Source of the DNA: an uncultured Candidatus Bathyarchaeia archaeon | GTDB taxonomy: Archaea > Thermoproteota > Bathyarchaeia > Bathyarchaeales > Bathyarchaeaceae | Length of the DNA stretch: 64,000 bases | Direction: 5' to 3' | Assembly: GCA_964655075.1 (NCBI GenBank) | Contig: CAZZLD010000002.1 | Location: 99,140 to 163,139 of the forward strand | Shown here: positions 53,866 to 63,268 of the stretch, in pieces | Layout of the letters: every line of letters starts with the position of its first letter | Numbering within the stretch: the stretch's first letter is position 1 | Notes under the pieces: generated by a model | The model's input: the letters and a program-made list of their open reading frames with translations, nothing else | Database searches by the model: none | Told to the model about the DNA's origin: nothing | Program-made: the position numbers and the translations under genes

Positions 53866-55230
53866 CTAAACGGGAAAGTATTTTGTGAGTTTTTCTTGGT
53901 GCATGGCGTCCTTTAACAGCACGCTGGTTTGCATCCAGTCTTCGAGTCTTATTTCGAACTTTGAAGCCGCGTACGCTAAGGCTTCCTTCAGGTCGTTGAA
54001 TTTCATGTAGTCTCGCCTCAGGGCTTCCCTCACGCTTTCTCGGTTGATCCAAACGCCTAGGGGCGTGATGAACCCGGGATGAATTTCCCTCAAGGCCACC
54101 ACCGTGGCTTGTCTGCCTTCTGCCGCTAAGTGCTCCGCTGCCGCAAGCCTCACAGCGTAGTAGCATCCTCCAAGCGTTGCATACGTGGTGCGTCCCTTGT
54201 AGCCTTCCCAGTCGCCGCACATGGCTACGCTTCGGCTTTGTGGGTTCCACGCGGTTCCCGGATACCAAGCCTCGATCCACTCGTACTTCCAACCGGAAGG
54301 CATCATAAGCACCACGAACCGGTTATCCAAGTAGTTTAACTCGTAAACTCTGTACTCGTTTATAGCGGGCTTGCGCTTCACTTCCTCTTCGATGATGCGC
54401 TGAGACAGAATGGAGTCAACGGCGGTTATGCTCCACCTTGTGGGAACCAGCCTCCTCTGCTTTTTCAACCCGAAAGCTCCGACGCTGAAAGCCTTCTGGA
54501 TTCTGCTCACAGGCACCTTGTCCTGATAAAGGTCGAGAACAGCATCCGCCGCCTTCAAATCCGCGTCTCCATAAGCCCTTTCGACTCGGTGATCAACTTT
54601 TAGTGATCCGAGTTGTATGCCCCGCAGCAGCGCTGAGGGTCCCATAGGCTGGTTTTCGCCGTCGAAGTAGTATCTGTCTCCGGGCTTCTTTTTGAATGCC
54701 ACTTCAGTGTCTATGGATGCGTCCGAGAGGGCTAGGTCCAGCGTCTTGTCCATGAGCTTTCCGGTTTTCTCAGGTTTTTTTACGTTGACCCTGAACTTGC
54801 CCCTGACGAGTTTGATTCTGAAGTCCACGATTTCTTCAACGGGTTTGCCTAACCAAAGCTCAGGGGCATCCATCAAGGAAGTGTCTCCGAAAACCGGGGG
54901 CACCAGCGGACCAGCGTAAACGTACGGCCAGCCGATGCGTCCCACGAACACTCCGGGAGGTGAGGAACCCGCCATTTCCGTGCCGGATATCAGCGATTTC
55001 ACTTGGATGTAGGAATAGAGCTTCATGGCGGCGGGGCATCTCGGCTTTCCGCAGAGTCTTTTTCCGCCCCTGCAGGCCAAACAGAGGTTTCCAGACGAGA
55101 CTTTGAGCTTCAACTCGTCGGCGTCGTAGTTGAGGTCCCGCGCCGTCTTCACGTCGTCGATGAGGTGTTCTGCCCAAGGAACTCGGCGCTTAACTTTCTT
55201 CACGAACTTTTTGCCCCACCGACGCCTCAA
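53866..55230 (-). CDS. NreA-like archaeal DNA repair protein (Nre_N/Nre_C, DUF650/651)
   Basis: 454 aa. The N-terminal Cys cluster CLACRGGKRLCGKPRCP and the overall length match my memory of the Nre family. Not verifiable here. Confidence 0.55.
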   Translation of the reverse strand: MRRRWGKKFVKKVKRRVPWAEHLIDDVKTARDLNYDADELKLKVSSGNLCLACRGGKRLCGKPRCPAAMKLYSYIQVKSLISGTEMAGSSPPGVFVGRIGWPYVYAGPLVPPVFGDTSLMDAPELWLGKPVEEIVDFRIKLVRGKFRVNVKKPEKTGKLMDKTLDLALSDASIDTEVAFKKKPGDRYYFDGENQPMGPSALLRGIQLGSLKVDHRVERAYGDADLKAADAVLDLYQDKVPVSRIQKAFSVGAFGLKKQRRLVPTRWSITAVDSILSQRIIEEEVKRKPAINEYRVYELNYLDNRFVVLMMPSGWKYEWIEAWYPGTAWNPQSRSVAMCGDWEGYKGRTTYATLGGCYYAVRLAAAEHLAAEGRQATVVALREIHPGFITPLGVWINRESVREALRRDYMKFNDLKEALAYAASKFEIRLEDWMQTSVLLKDAMHQEKLTKYFPV

Positions 55231-55260
55231 AGCTTCAATAACTCCACATAGGAACCTTTG

Positions 55261-55303
55261 TAGAGAAGAAAAATAAATGCATTTGCACTAAACTATGCTT
55301 GAG
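55261..55303 (+). repeat. Left copy of a ~43-bp imperfect direct repeat (about 36/43 identical to 57751-57793)
   Basis: tagagaagaaaaataaatgcatttgcactaaactatgcttgag vs tggggaagagaaataaacgcatttgcattagactatgcttggg. Confidence 0.85.
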
Positions 55304-55390
55304 TGTTGTTAAGGGAAATCCCGCATTAGATGAGTAAGACAGCAAGATATTAGAGATAAAAATACAGTATTCATTAAACAAGGTGGATCT

Positions 55391-56908
55391 ATGTCAATTT
55401 CAGAACGATTAACAAAAATAGAACAAGCTCGAAAAATGGCGATGTCTTTAATAGGATTATGTGAGAAGAGCCCCATCCTAAAGGACGTATTAATTGTAGC
55501 CATGTTTTCTCGTAAAGAGATAACACAAGGAGAATTTGGGTTAGATGTTAAAGCGATACTTGAAAATCTAAGTTTACTTAACTATTCTAAGAACGATATA
55601 GAAAGAGTAATTTCAAAGATGAAAACTGAAGGATATCTTCTTTCATTCCAATGGAGGCAAAGAAAAGTTTATGATTTTGCGTACAAAAATGACACTGAAG
55701 TACAGAACGTCTTTCTGGGCACTCTCAAAGAAAGTCAGTTTATACAAAATCAGATAAATCAAATTCAACGAAAAGCTGAGAAATATCTTACTAAGAGAAT
55801 TAAGGAGGAAAAAGATCAAGAAATAGCTTCGGTTCTCCGACTTCTTTATCAAATAGCCTTGCCTGAGATCGGGGTTTATCTTGAAACGGGAGGTATAGCA
55901 ACATTTCATTTCAAGTCAATTTGCGGTGCAAAATGGTTGTATAGATTAAGTGAACTAATCAAAAACGGCATAGTTGGTATAAGATTGAACTTTCTGTCGA
56001 CAAACCCTGCTTTTGAGTATTTTATTCCGGAATATATCCGTAACACAGTTTCGTCGTATATTACGTATTCCAACATTATTCTGAAACAGGAGTTGGAGAG
56101 TTTAATAAAGCCTCCACTATTTTCAGAGAATTTTGAAATCCCACAGAAGCATAAAGAAATACTCTTCAGATATGGTCTTTGCTATCGAAAATGGACGACT
56201 CCGAAGGTTGTGTTAACCACAGAATATGTGCCCACAGATTATATGTATAAAATCTTCATTGAAGAAATAACAGAAATTCCTGAGATGATAGTGAAGTCCT
56301 ACTCGGATGATGAATTGTGGACGTATTATCTGATTAGTAAGGCACTCATAAACGCAAAACAAAATATTCACATCTGCTCTCCTTACGTTGATCATACAAT
56401 TTGGACTTTTTTTATTCGAGCTATCCCTAAAAACATAGAGGTGAAGTTATTAACATCAAGAACTGGCGGTAAGGAAAAAGAAAGGGCTTTCATAAAAGTC
56501 CTACAAAGATTCTGGAAAAGCGGTTATAGAATCGAGGTAATTAAGATTTTACGTGAAGGCGGCAAAGTTCCCCTTCACGACCGTTACTTGATTCAAGATA
56601 ACAGGTTTGTTATTGATCTTCCCGGAGACTTTAAGAAAGGATTCAGCGGTAGAAGTAAAGATGAGGATATCAAATGGATTCCATTTGAGGATAAAGTTGC
56701 TAACTACAATGCTCGGTTTAATAAATATTGGAATCTAGTATTTGAAGAGACAGACTTTGACATGGATGCTTCACCGTTCTTAGCGACAAAACTGTCTTAT
56801 GTCAATCCAGATTCTTTGATTTCAACTAGGATTGAAATAGCGAAAGGAAAAGTAAGGAGAGAAGAAAAATCTTTGAGTCTGGAACAGTATACTTCTGAGC
56901 GCGGTTAG
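55391..56908 (+). CDS. Hypothetical protein: N-terminal wHTH-like region plus C-terminal PLD/HKD-like domain (H-x-R-x4-D variant)
   Basis: 505 aa, AT-rich codon usage. C-terminus: NIHICSPYVD...EVKLLTS...VPLHDRYLIQDNRFVIDLPGDF resembles a single-copy HKD (HxKx4D) nuclease/phospholipase D fold with K replaced by R. N-terminus DIERVISKMKTEGYLLSFQWRQRKVYDF is wHTH-wing-like. Confidence 0.5.
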   Translation: MSISERLTKIEQARKMAMSLIGLCEKSPILKDVLIVAMFSRKEITQGEFGLDVKAILENLSLLNYSKNDIERVISKMKTEGYLLSFQWRQRKVYDFAYKNDTEVQNVFLGTLKESQFIQNQINQIQRKAEKYLTKRIKEEKDQEIASVLRLLYQIALPEIGVYLETGGIATFHFKSICGAKWLYRLSELIKNGIVGIRLNFLSTNPAFEYFIPEYIRNTVSSYITYSNIILKQELESLIKPPLFSENFEIPQKHKEILFRYGLCYRKWTTPKVVLTTEYVPTDYMYKIFIEEITEIPEMIVKSYSDDELWTYYLISKALINAKQNIHICSPYVDHTIWTFFIRAIPKNIEVKLLTSRTGGKEKERAFIKVLQRFWKSGYRIEVIKILREGGKVPLHDRYLIQDNRFVIDLPGDFKKGFSGRSKDEDIKWIPFEDKVANYNARFNKYWNLVFEETDFDMDASPFLATKLSYVNPDSLISTRIEIAKGKVRREEKSLSLEQYTSERG

Positions 56909-56957
56909 TTTCTAGTCTTTTTCCTTTTTCTCTCTTAAAACAAACTTCACCCCAGGT

Positions 56958-57674
56958 CTAGCCGCCATTCTTTCCAGCCATCTCATGTATTCTCGTTGCA
57001 GATCCGCGGGCATTCGGTAATCCAAACCGATATTGACATTGAGGACTACCTCTCCGGGTGAAACGGCCTCTGGAAGAGGTGGAAACTCCTCTCCCTCCTT
57101 TGAGGGAATTTCTCCCCCCTCCCTCTTCTCCTTTTTCTCCTGCAGGTTCTTTTAGAGTGAAAGTTTCTTCGTCCTTGTTGTAATCAATCTTGTTTGCATA
57201 ATTCATTATTTCACAAGTTTTTTCAGCGACAAGTTTTTGGTACAAAGGCGCCCATGTTTTATTTTGTGTTTTCATTAAAAAGAAACCTAAGCCTGAAGTT
57301 GTTCCATGTTTTCCTGAACACTCTTTATCTACGAATTCAACTATTCTTTTCCAAAGTGCCGTCTTTTCTATTTGAGCACTCAAGATTTCCCTAGCTTTGT
57401 TTTCTTTTTCTTCTGCCAATTGATGGGCATATTCTGTCCCAGTACGACTTATTTTTGCTTTTTTTCTACTTTGTGTGTACGCAATAAAATCAAAAGAGTG
57501 AAGTATCGACAAAATTCTTCCTAATGCTTTTGGTTTCAGCTCAACTTCTTTTGAAAGTTCATTCTTGGTTACTTCCTTCCCGAGAAATTTACTAAATAGT
57601 ATCTTCATCACTTTGTTGATATTATCAACATCAACTATTGCATGGCTCGGAACCACTATTTTTTCTTCAGACAT
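56958..57674 (-). CDS. Hypothetical wHTH-like protein; 3' end probably frameshifted at a homopolymer (alternative end at 56912)
   Basis: 238-aa ORF. After ..GEKGEEGGG the annotated frame becomes Gly/Arg/Ser junk. The +1 frame reads EIPSKEGEEFPPLPEAVSPGEVVLNVNIGLDYRMPADLQREYMRWLERMAARPGVKFVLREKKEKD*. See findings. Confidence 0.45.
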   Translation of the reverse strand: MSEEKIVVPSHAIVDVDNINKVMKILFSKFLGKEVTKNELSKEVELKPKALGRILSILHSFDFIAYTQSRKKAKISRTGTEYAHQLAEEKENKAREILSAQIEKTALWKRIVEFVDKECSGKHGTTSGLGFFLMKTQNKTWAPLYQKLVAEKTCEIMNYANKIDYNKDEETFTLKEPAGEKGEEGGGRNSLKGGRGVSTSSRGRFTRRGSPQCQYRFGLPNARGSATRIHEMAGKNGG

Positions 57675-57750
57675 TTCCTCTCAAGATTAAATCGTTCTTC
57701 CTGATTATATGTTTTACCCAGACACTCCATCTGATCTATCCTTGTCAATA

Positions 57751-57793
57751 TGGGGAAGAGAAATAAACGCATTTGCATTAGACTATGCTTGGG
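57751..57793 (+). repeat. Right copy of the ~43-bp direct repeat
   Basis: See 55261-55303. The copies are spaced 2490 bp apart. Confidence 0.85.
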
Positions 57794-57913
57794 CTGGCAT
57801 TAGAGAGATGTTTCTTCGGTTAACGGCGAGTTTGCGGCTTTCCGGATGGTTGACGGGAAAATCGGCGAAATCGCTATAAAACTGTGCAAGATAAATAGTC
57901 GGGAGACGGCGAA

Positions 57914-59185
57914 ATGAGGGTCAAACTTCCCTACGGAAAAACTGAAACTGTGACTATCGAGGTGCCGGACGAAAACTTGGCCTTCGTAATCGACAGAGGC
58001 GAAGCGTCAACGCTTAAAGATGCTAGAGAGGCGTTGAGGGAAGCTCTTAGAAGCCCGATTGGAACCCCCGCTCTGAAAGACATGGTGAAAAAGGGAGACA
58101 GGGTCGTTATTGTAGGCGACGATGCAACTCGCCCTACTCCTCAAAAGATGCTCATGCCTGTTTTGTTGGATGAGCTTAATGCTGCTGGAATCCCAGATGG
58201 GGATATTACGCTTGTTGTTGCCCTCGGGACCCATCGGAAGATGAGCAGAAACGAAACGCTGGAAATGTACGGCCGAGAGGTTACGGAGCGGATACGGATC
58301 GAGAATCACGACTGTGGGAATTCTAAGCGCCTAGTTGATCTGGGTGAAGCCGAGTCCGGGTTTCCGATAAAGCTGAACAGGACGGTGTACGAGGCTGATT
58401 TCGTTATAGGCGCCGGCAACATCAGCCCTCATATTTATGCCGGTTGGGGCGGAGGAGGAAAGATCATTCTGCCGGGCGTCTGCGGAACGGAGACAACCTC
58501 CATGATTCACCTTCTCGGCGGCAAAACTAGACCCTTCAGCACCTTAATCGGCAAACGGGACAATGCGGTTAGAAAGCGCATAGACGAGGTTGCGCTCAAA
58601 GCGGGACTAAAGCTGATCGTGAACACGGTGCTGAACCGAGAGGAGAAGGTTCACCGGATAGTTGCGGGGCACCCAGTTGAAGCGTTCAGAGAAGGTATCA
58701 ACGTCGCTGAGAAGGTCTACTGTCAGAAGGTGCCCGGTTACGTGGATGTAGCCATTGTCGCGAGTTACCCTGCTGACGTCGACTATTGGCAATCCATTAA
58801 ACCCGTCGTCCACGCGGCTCTGGGAGTGAGACCCGGCGGAACAATTGTCCTAATTACGCCGTGCCCAGAAGGCATATCGCCCGTGCATACTATCTTCAAG
58901 GAAAGAGCGAAGCTGGGCTACGAAGCTAATCTGGAGGCCATTGAAAGAGGGGAACTGGAGGATAGGGTGGCTGGAGGAACCCTTCTGCTACACGGGCAAA
59001 TACTGGAACGAGCCGAGGTAGTCTGCTATTCTGAAGGGCTTAAGGAAAGTGACAAGGAGGCTCTTGGGTTTAAACACGCTGAAACGCCACAGGAAGCCGT
59101 GGAAACGGCCCTTAAAAAGCAAGGTGAAAAGGCTACGGTTGGCGTTCTAAAATGCGGAGATGTTCTGCCAAAAGTGACCTCTTGA
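57914..59185 (+). CDS. larA: LarA-family (nickel-pincer lactate racemase-like, DUF2088) protein
   Basis: 423 aa. VVIVGDDATRPTP, VALGTHR, SPHIYAGWGGGGKIILPG. Family call only; substrate unknown. Confidence 0.75.
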   Translation: MRVKLPYGKTETVTIEVPDENLAFVIDRGEASTLKDAREALREALRSPIGTPALKDMVKKGDRVVIVGDDATRPTPQKMLMPVLLDELNAAGIPDGDITLVVALGTHRKMSRNETLEMYGREVTERIRIENHDCGNSKRLVDLGEAESGFPIKLNRTVYEADFVIGAGNISPHIYAGWGGGGKIILPGVCGTETTSMIHLLGGKTRPFSTLIGKRDNAVRKRIDEVALKAGLKLIVNTVLNREEKVHRIVAGHPVEAFREGINVAEKVYCQKVPGYVDVAIVASYPADVDYWQSIKPVVHAALGVRPGGTIVLITPCPEGISPVHTIFKERAKLGYEANLEAIERGELEDRVAGGTLLLHGQILERAEVVCYSEGLKESDKEALGFKHAETPQEAVETALKKQGEKATVGVLKCGDVLPKVTS

Positions 59186-59202
59186 TAAAGTATAATTTTT
59201 TC

Positions 59203-60102
59203 TTATTGGTAATTCTTGGTTAGTTGATGCCTCCCAAAATGGAACAGGTATTCCTGAGCGTATCCAGCGTACTTTCCAAAATAATTTCTTCCAAAGAAGT
59301 TGATTCTCTTGTATTTCCCTCGTGTAAGCGAAGTTTTATCTAAAATCTTTGTAATGAAGACTTGTTCAAATTGGTCACGGTAAAACGTTAGGATTATGCG
59401 TTTTATCCAAACGTCCACTGGAAAAGCCTCAAGCTTGTCTAAGGAAAAGAGGAGGACGCAGTCGGCGACTTTAGGTCCCACACCGGGCAGAGCCAGCAGT
59501 TTCCGTTTCGCCGTTTCATAATCTGTCTTTCTTAGGGCTTCCAAATCAAACTGCTCCTTGGCTATTAGCCTAGAGACCTCTAAAATTCGCTTCGCTCTGA
59601 ATCCCAACCCGCACCGCTTTATTTCCGCTAGGCTAGCTCTCGCTAAGGCATCGGGTCTAGGGAACGTGTAGAAGGTATGTCTGTCCGCGGTTATCTTTTC
59701 TCCGAATTTTATGGAAAGGTTTAGAATCGTTTTTCTGATGGCGGGGATGTTCTTGTAGGTTGCGCACATGTAGGAAATTAGGCACTCCCACGGTTCCTGC
59801 CTTATGAGCCTGAGCCCGCGAAACGCCACTATAGCTTCGTCTATGTGTTTGTCTCTGTTTATCTGCGAGAGGATTCGGGGCAGATCATCATCCAACCTAA
59901 GATAATGTCTTATGAAATCCGCGTTAACTATAGGAAAACCTTGAAACACTAATCCGCGGTTGGTCTGCCTTACCTTAACAATTTTTCCGCTGATGACGCC
60001 GTACCACCAACCGCCTATTTTCTCCCATCGGAACACCTGACCGCAACAAAGCGTACGCTCCAAGTTGAAGGGCACAGTTGTCTGATCCAACCGAAGTTCC
60101 AT
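59203..60102 (-). CDS. ogg: 8-oxoguanine DNA glycosylase / AP lyase (Ogg, HhH-GPD with OGG_N domain)
   Basis: Start moved to ATG 60102 (MELRLDQT). CCGQVFRWEK (OGG_N). LLALPGVGPKVADCVLLFSL...FPVDVWIKR (HhH-GPD with catalytic K and D). Confidence 0.8.
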   Translation of the reverse strand: MELRLDQTTVPFNLERTLCCGQVFRWEKIGGWWYGVISGKIVKVRQTNRGLVFQGFPIVNADFIRHYLRLDDDLPRILSQINRDKHIDEAIVAFRGLRLIRQEPWECLISYMCATYKNIPAIRKTILNLSIKFGEKITADRHTFYTFPRPDALARASLAEIKRCGLGFRAKRILEVSRLIAKEQFDLEALRKTDYETAKRKLLALPGVGPKVADCVLLFSLDKLEAFPVDVWIKRIILTFYRDQFEQVFITKILDKTSLTRGKYKRINFFGRNYFGKYAGYAQEYLFHFGRHQLTKNYQ

Positions 60103-60251
60103 AACTATTGAACCTTCCCAAATGCTAATAAACAATCCCTATGCAGCTCGTCACGAAAGTCTTCCGAAATACATGCTAACCTTAACTTTTTAAGTGAGAC
60201 CTTATATCTCTCATCATTCAAATTGAACGGATACAACGGAGGAAACCAAAC

Positions 60252-60812
60252 ATGGTACTCTTTCAAGAGATCAGGTGGCACGGACGCGGCGGACAAGGCG
60301 TCGTCACAGCCAGCCAACTATTGGCTCAAGCCGCCCTCCTAGAAGGCAAACACATTCAAGCGTTCCCAGAGTTCGGGCCTGAACGCACAGGGGCGCCAAT
60401 TCTCGGTTTTACCCGGATCAGCGATGCTTCCATAGATGTCCACAGTCAAGTTTATGAGCCAGATGCTGTGGTGGTTTTGGATCCAACGCTGTTAAAGAAC
60501 GTGCCCGTCACAGAAGGTTTGAAGAAAGGCGGGAAACTTGTAGTTAACACTGACCTGTCGCCGAAAGAATTAAAGACGCAGCTCAACGGCGAAGGAATCC
60601 GAGTGTTCACGGTTAACGCCACCCGAATTTCACTAGACGTTATTGGCCGACCCATATTCAACACGGCGATGCTGGGCGCCTTAGTGAAAACAACAGATGT
60701 TGTATCATTGAATTCGGTCATTAAAGTTACGTCAGAAAGATTCGCCGGATCAATCGGAGAGAAAAACATTGCAGCCGTCAAACGAGCCTTCGCGGAGGTG
60801 CAGAGTGAATGA
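60252..60812 (+). CDS. porG: 2-oxoacid (pyruvate/2-ketoisovalerate):ferredoxin oxidoreductase, gamma subunit
   Basis: 186 aa. IRWHGRGGQGVVTASQLLA and EFGPERTGAP. First gene of a gamma-delta-alpha-beta operon. Confidence 0.85.
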   Translation: MVLFQEIRWHGRGGQGVVTASQLLAQAALLEGKHIQAFPEFGPERTGAPILGFTRISDASIDVHSQVYEPDAVVVLDPTLLKNVPVTEGLKKGGKLVVNTDLSPKELKTQLNGEGIRVFTVNATRISLDVIGRPIFNTAMLGALVKTTDVVSLNSVIKVTSERFAGSIGEKNIAAVKRAFAEVQSE

Positions 60813-61105
60813 GCAAAGCGAAAGAGAAGAAGTCAGGATGGAAAACTTTGACCATCGCCGGCATTCTAACTGAGCCGGGTTCTTCTACGCGGTATAAGAC
60901 AGGCGACTGGCGAGCCTTTAGACCTGTCGTGAACATAGAGAAGTGCATCGGCTGCCTGCTCTGCTGGATTTACTGTCCTGAACCCGCTATCGTTCAAGAG
61001 GACAAAAAGGTGAGAATAGACTATGACTTCTGCAAGGGCTGCGGCATATGCGCCGAAGAATGCCCCGTGAAAGCCATAACCATGATCGAGGAGGGAGCCA
61101 AATGA
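60809..61105 (+). CDS. porD: 2-oxoacid:ferredoxin oxidoreductase, delta subunit (2x[4Fe-4S])
   Basis: 98 aa. CIGCLLCWIYCP and CKGCGICAEECP. 4-nt overlaps with both neighbours. Confidence 0.85.
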   Translation: MSKAKEKKSGWKTLTIAGILTEPGSSTRYKTGDWRAFRPVVNIEKCIGCLLCWIYCPEPAIVQEDKKVRIDYDFCKGCGICAEECPVKAITMIEEGAK

Positions 61106-62280
61106 AAAAGGTCATGGGATTAACTGGCGACGAAGCGGTTGCTTACGCCGCTAAACAATGCGACGTAGATGTAGTGGCTGCGTACCCTATAACGCCCCAA
61201 ACGATTATGGTGGAAAAGTTCAGCGAGTACGTGGCCGACGGCGAGGTGCAAACCGAATTCGTATGCGTAGAGTCGGAGCATTCAGCGATGTCTGCATGCG
61301 TAGGGGCAAGTCTAACAGGAGCTAGGGTTTTCACCGCCACCGCAAGTCAAGGGTTAGCATTAATGCATGAAATACTATATATCGCGTCCAGTTTGAGGTG
61401 CCCCATCGTCATGGGTGTTGCTAACAGGGCGCTTTCTGCCCCGATCAACATTCACGGCGACCACTCGGACATGATGGGCTCCCGGGACTGCGGCTGGATT
61501 CAAATTTACGAGGAAAACGCGCAGGAAGCCTATGACTCGGTTATACAAGCCTTCAAAATAGCGGAGGATCCCGAAGTTCTTTTGCCTGTGACAGTTAACC
61601 TAGACGGTTTCATCATCTCCCACAGCATGGAAAGAGTTGAGACTCTAGATGATAACGCGGTAAAGAGGTTCCTGCCCCAGAGAAGGGCTCAGTTGAAGAT
61701 AGACCCAGATAAACCTGTAACGGTAGGGCCTCTGTGCTTCACCGACTATTACTTCGAATTCAAGCGGCAACAAGAAGAAGTCATGAAGAAGGTTCCAGAC
61801 AAAGTGAAAAAAGTTGGAAAAGAGTTCGCGAACCTCACGGGGAGAAGCTACGATGTGCTTCATACGTACGGAATCGAAGACGCTGAAGCCGCTGTCGTTT
61901 GTTTAGGAAGCACCGCCGGAACCGCGCGGGTAACAGCTGAGAAAATGCGGAAAGAAGGCAAAAAAGTTGGAGTTGTTAAAATAAGAATGTACAGGCCCTT
62001 CCCAGCAGAGGAATTAAAAAATGTAGCAGGTCACTTGAAGGCAATCACCATCTTGGACCGAGCGTGCAGTTTTGGGGCTCCCGCCGGGGCTCTATGCAGC
62101 GACGTAAAAACAGCCTTTTACGAATCGAAAAACAGACCTAAAGTTTCTAACGTTATCTACGGATTAGGCGGCAGAGACATCACCCCGATGGACCTAGAGA
62201 AAATCTTCGAAGATGCCCTTCGAACGGCGAAAACAGGCGTTGTGGAAGAGCCGGTTGCCTTTGTGGGGGTGAGAGAATAA
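61102..62280 (+). CDS. porA: 2-oxoacid:ferredoxin oxidoreductase, alpha subunit
   Basis: Start moved from 61048 to ATG 61102 (MKKVMGLTGDEAVAYAA). YPITPQT and SEHSAMSAC.GASL.GAR.FTATASQGL. Confidence 0.85.
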   Translation: MKKVMGLTGDEAVAYAAKQCDVDVVAAYPITPQTIMVEKFSEYVADGEVQTEFVCVESEHSAMSACVGASLTGARVFTATASQGLALMHEILYIASSLRCPIVMGVANRALSAPINIHGDHSDMMGSRDCGWIQIYEENAQEAYDSVIQAFKIAEDPEVLLPVTVNLDGFIISHSMERVETLDDNAVKRFLPQRRAQLKIDPDKPVTVGPLCFTDYYFEFKRQQEEVMKKVPDKVKKVGKEFANLTGRSYDVLHTYGIEDAEAAVVCLGSTAGTARVTAEKMRKEGKKVGVVKIRMYRPFPAEELKNVAGHLKAITILDRACSFGAPAGALCSDVKTAFYESKNRPKVSNVIYGLGGRDITPMDLEKIFEDALRTAKTGVVEEPVAFVGVRE

Positions 62281-63200
62281 TGGTTAAACTGCGTGAATTG
62301 CCGACGGAGGAGCTCTTAGCTCCGGGGCACCGCTTATGCGCGGGCTGCCCAATGTCCATAGCCACGAGAATGGCTTTGAAGGCGGTTAGAGGGCCTACAG
62401 TCGTTGTATCGGCGACCGGTTGCCTTGAAGTAGCGACAAGCATCTATCCCTATACCTCTTGGAAGACACCTTGGGTCCACGTAGCCTTTGAGAACGCTGC
62501 ATCCGTGGCAAGCGGCATCGAAGCCTCCTTCAAGGTGTTTGAGAAGAAAGGCCTAGGTAAGAAGGTTGATGTAATAGCCTTCGCTGGCGATGGGGGAACT
62601 TTTGACATCGGGATTCAGGCTCTTTCTGGGGCGTTAGAGCGGGGTCACGACTTTGTGTACATATGCGAAGACAACGAGGCATACATGAACACTGGGATTC
62701 AACGATCAGGAGCCACACCTAGAGACGCTTGGACAACCACAAGTCCTGCGGGAAAAGTTATTCCGGGAAAGCCCGAGTGGAAGAAGGATCTGATAGCTAT
62801 ATGCGCGGCTCACGGCATCGAATACGCCGCTACTGCAAGCATCTCGTACTGGAACGATTACGTAACGAAGGTTAGGAAAGCCATAGAGGTGAACGGACCA
62901 GCGGTTATCCATGTGTTGTCTCCGTGTCCGCGGGGATGGCGCAACGACGGCAGCCAGACCATAAAAATGGGGCGCCTAGCGGTTCAAACTCGGTACTTCC
63001 CAATCTACGAAGTGGAGAAGGGACAGTATAAACTGAACATTAATGTTCAACAACCAAAACCAGTGGAGGAGTTCCTCAAAGTTCAAGGAAGATTCCGCCA
63101 CTTGCTCAAGCCGGAGCTCAAAAACGAAATCGCGCTTATACAACAATGGGTCGACGAAAACTGGAATAGAATCCTTAAACTCTGCGGCGAAACCAGCTGA
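62280..63200 (+). CDS. porB: 2-oxoacid:ferredoxin oxidoreductase, beta subunit (TPP-binding)
   Basis: 306 aa. GHRLCAGCP, ATGCLEV, GDGGTFDIG, NEAYMNTGIQ. Confidence 0.85.
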   Translation: MVKLRELPTEELLAPGHRLCAGCPMSIATRMALKAVRGPTVVVSATGCLEVATSIYPYTSWKTPWVHVAFENAASVASGIEASFKVFEKKGLGKKVDVIAFAGDGGTFDIGIQALSGALERGHDFVYICEDNEAYMNTGIQRSGATPRDAWTTTSPAGKVIPGKPEWKKDLIAICAAHGIEYAATASISYWNDYVTKVRKAIEVNGPAVIHVLSPCPRGWRNDGSQTIKMGRLAVQTRYFPIYEVEKGQYKLNINVQQPKPVEEFLKVQGRFRHLLKPELKNEIALIQQWVDENWNRILKLCGETS

Positions 63201-63268
63201 AACACGTTCACACGGCAGTATATTTAGTGTACATTTCTCTGGCTATCTTGCAGGTACGCAAGCTATTT

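Noticed and set aside
53849-54292. N-terminal 148 codons of ORF 53087-54292
   Set aside because: Arg/Gly-rich, antisense to the well-formed 53866-55230 gene. The methyltransferase fold starts at the internal ATG 53848, so the ORF was trimmed.
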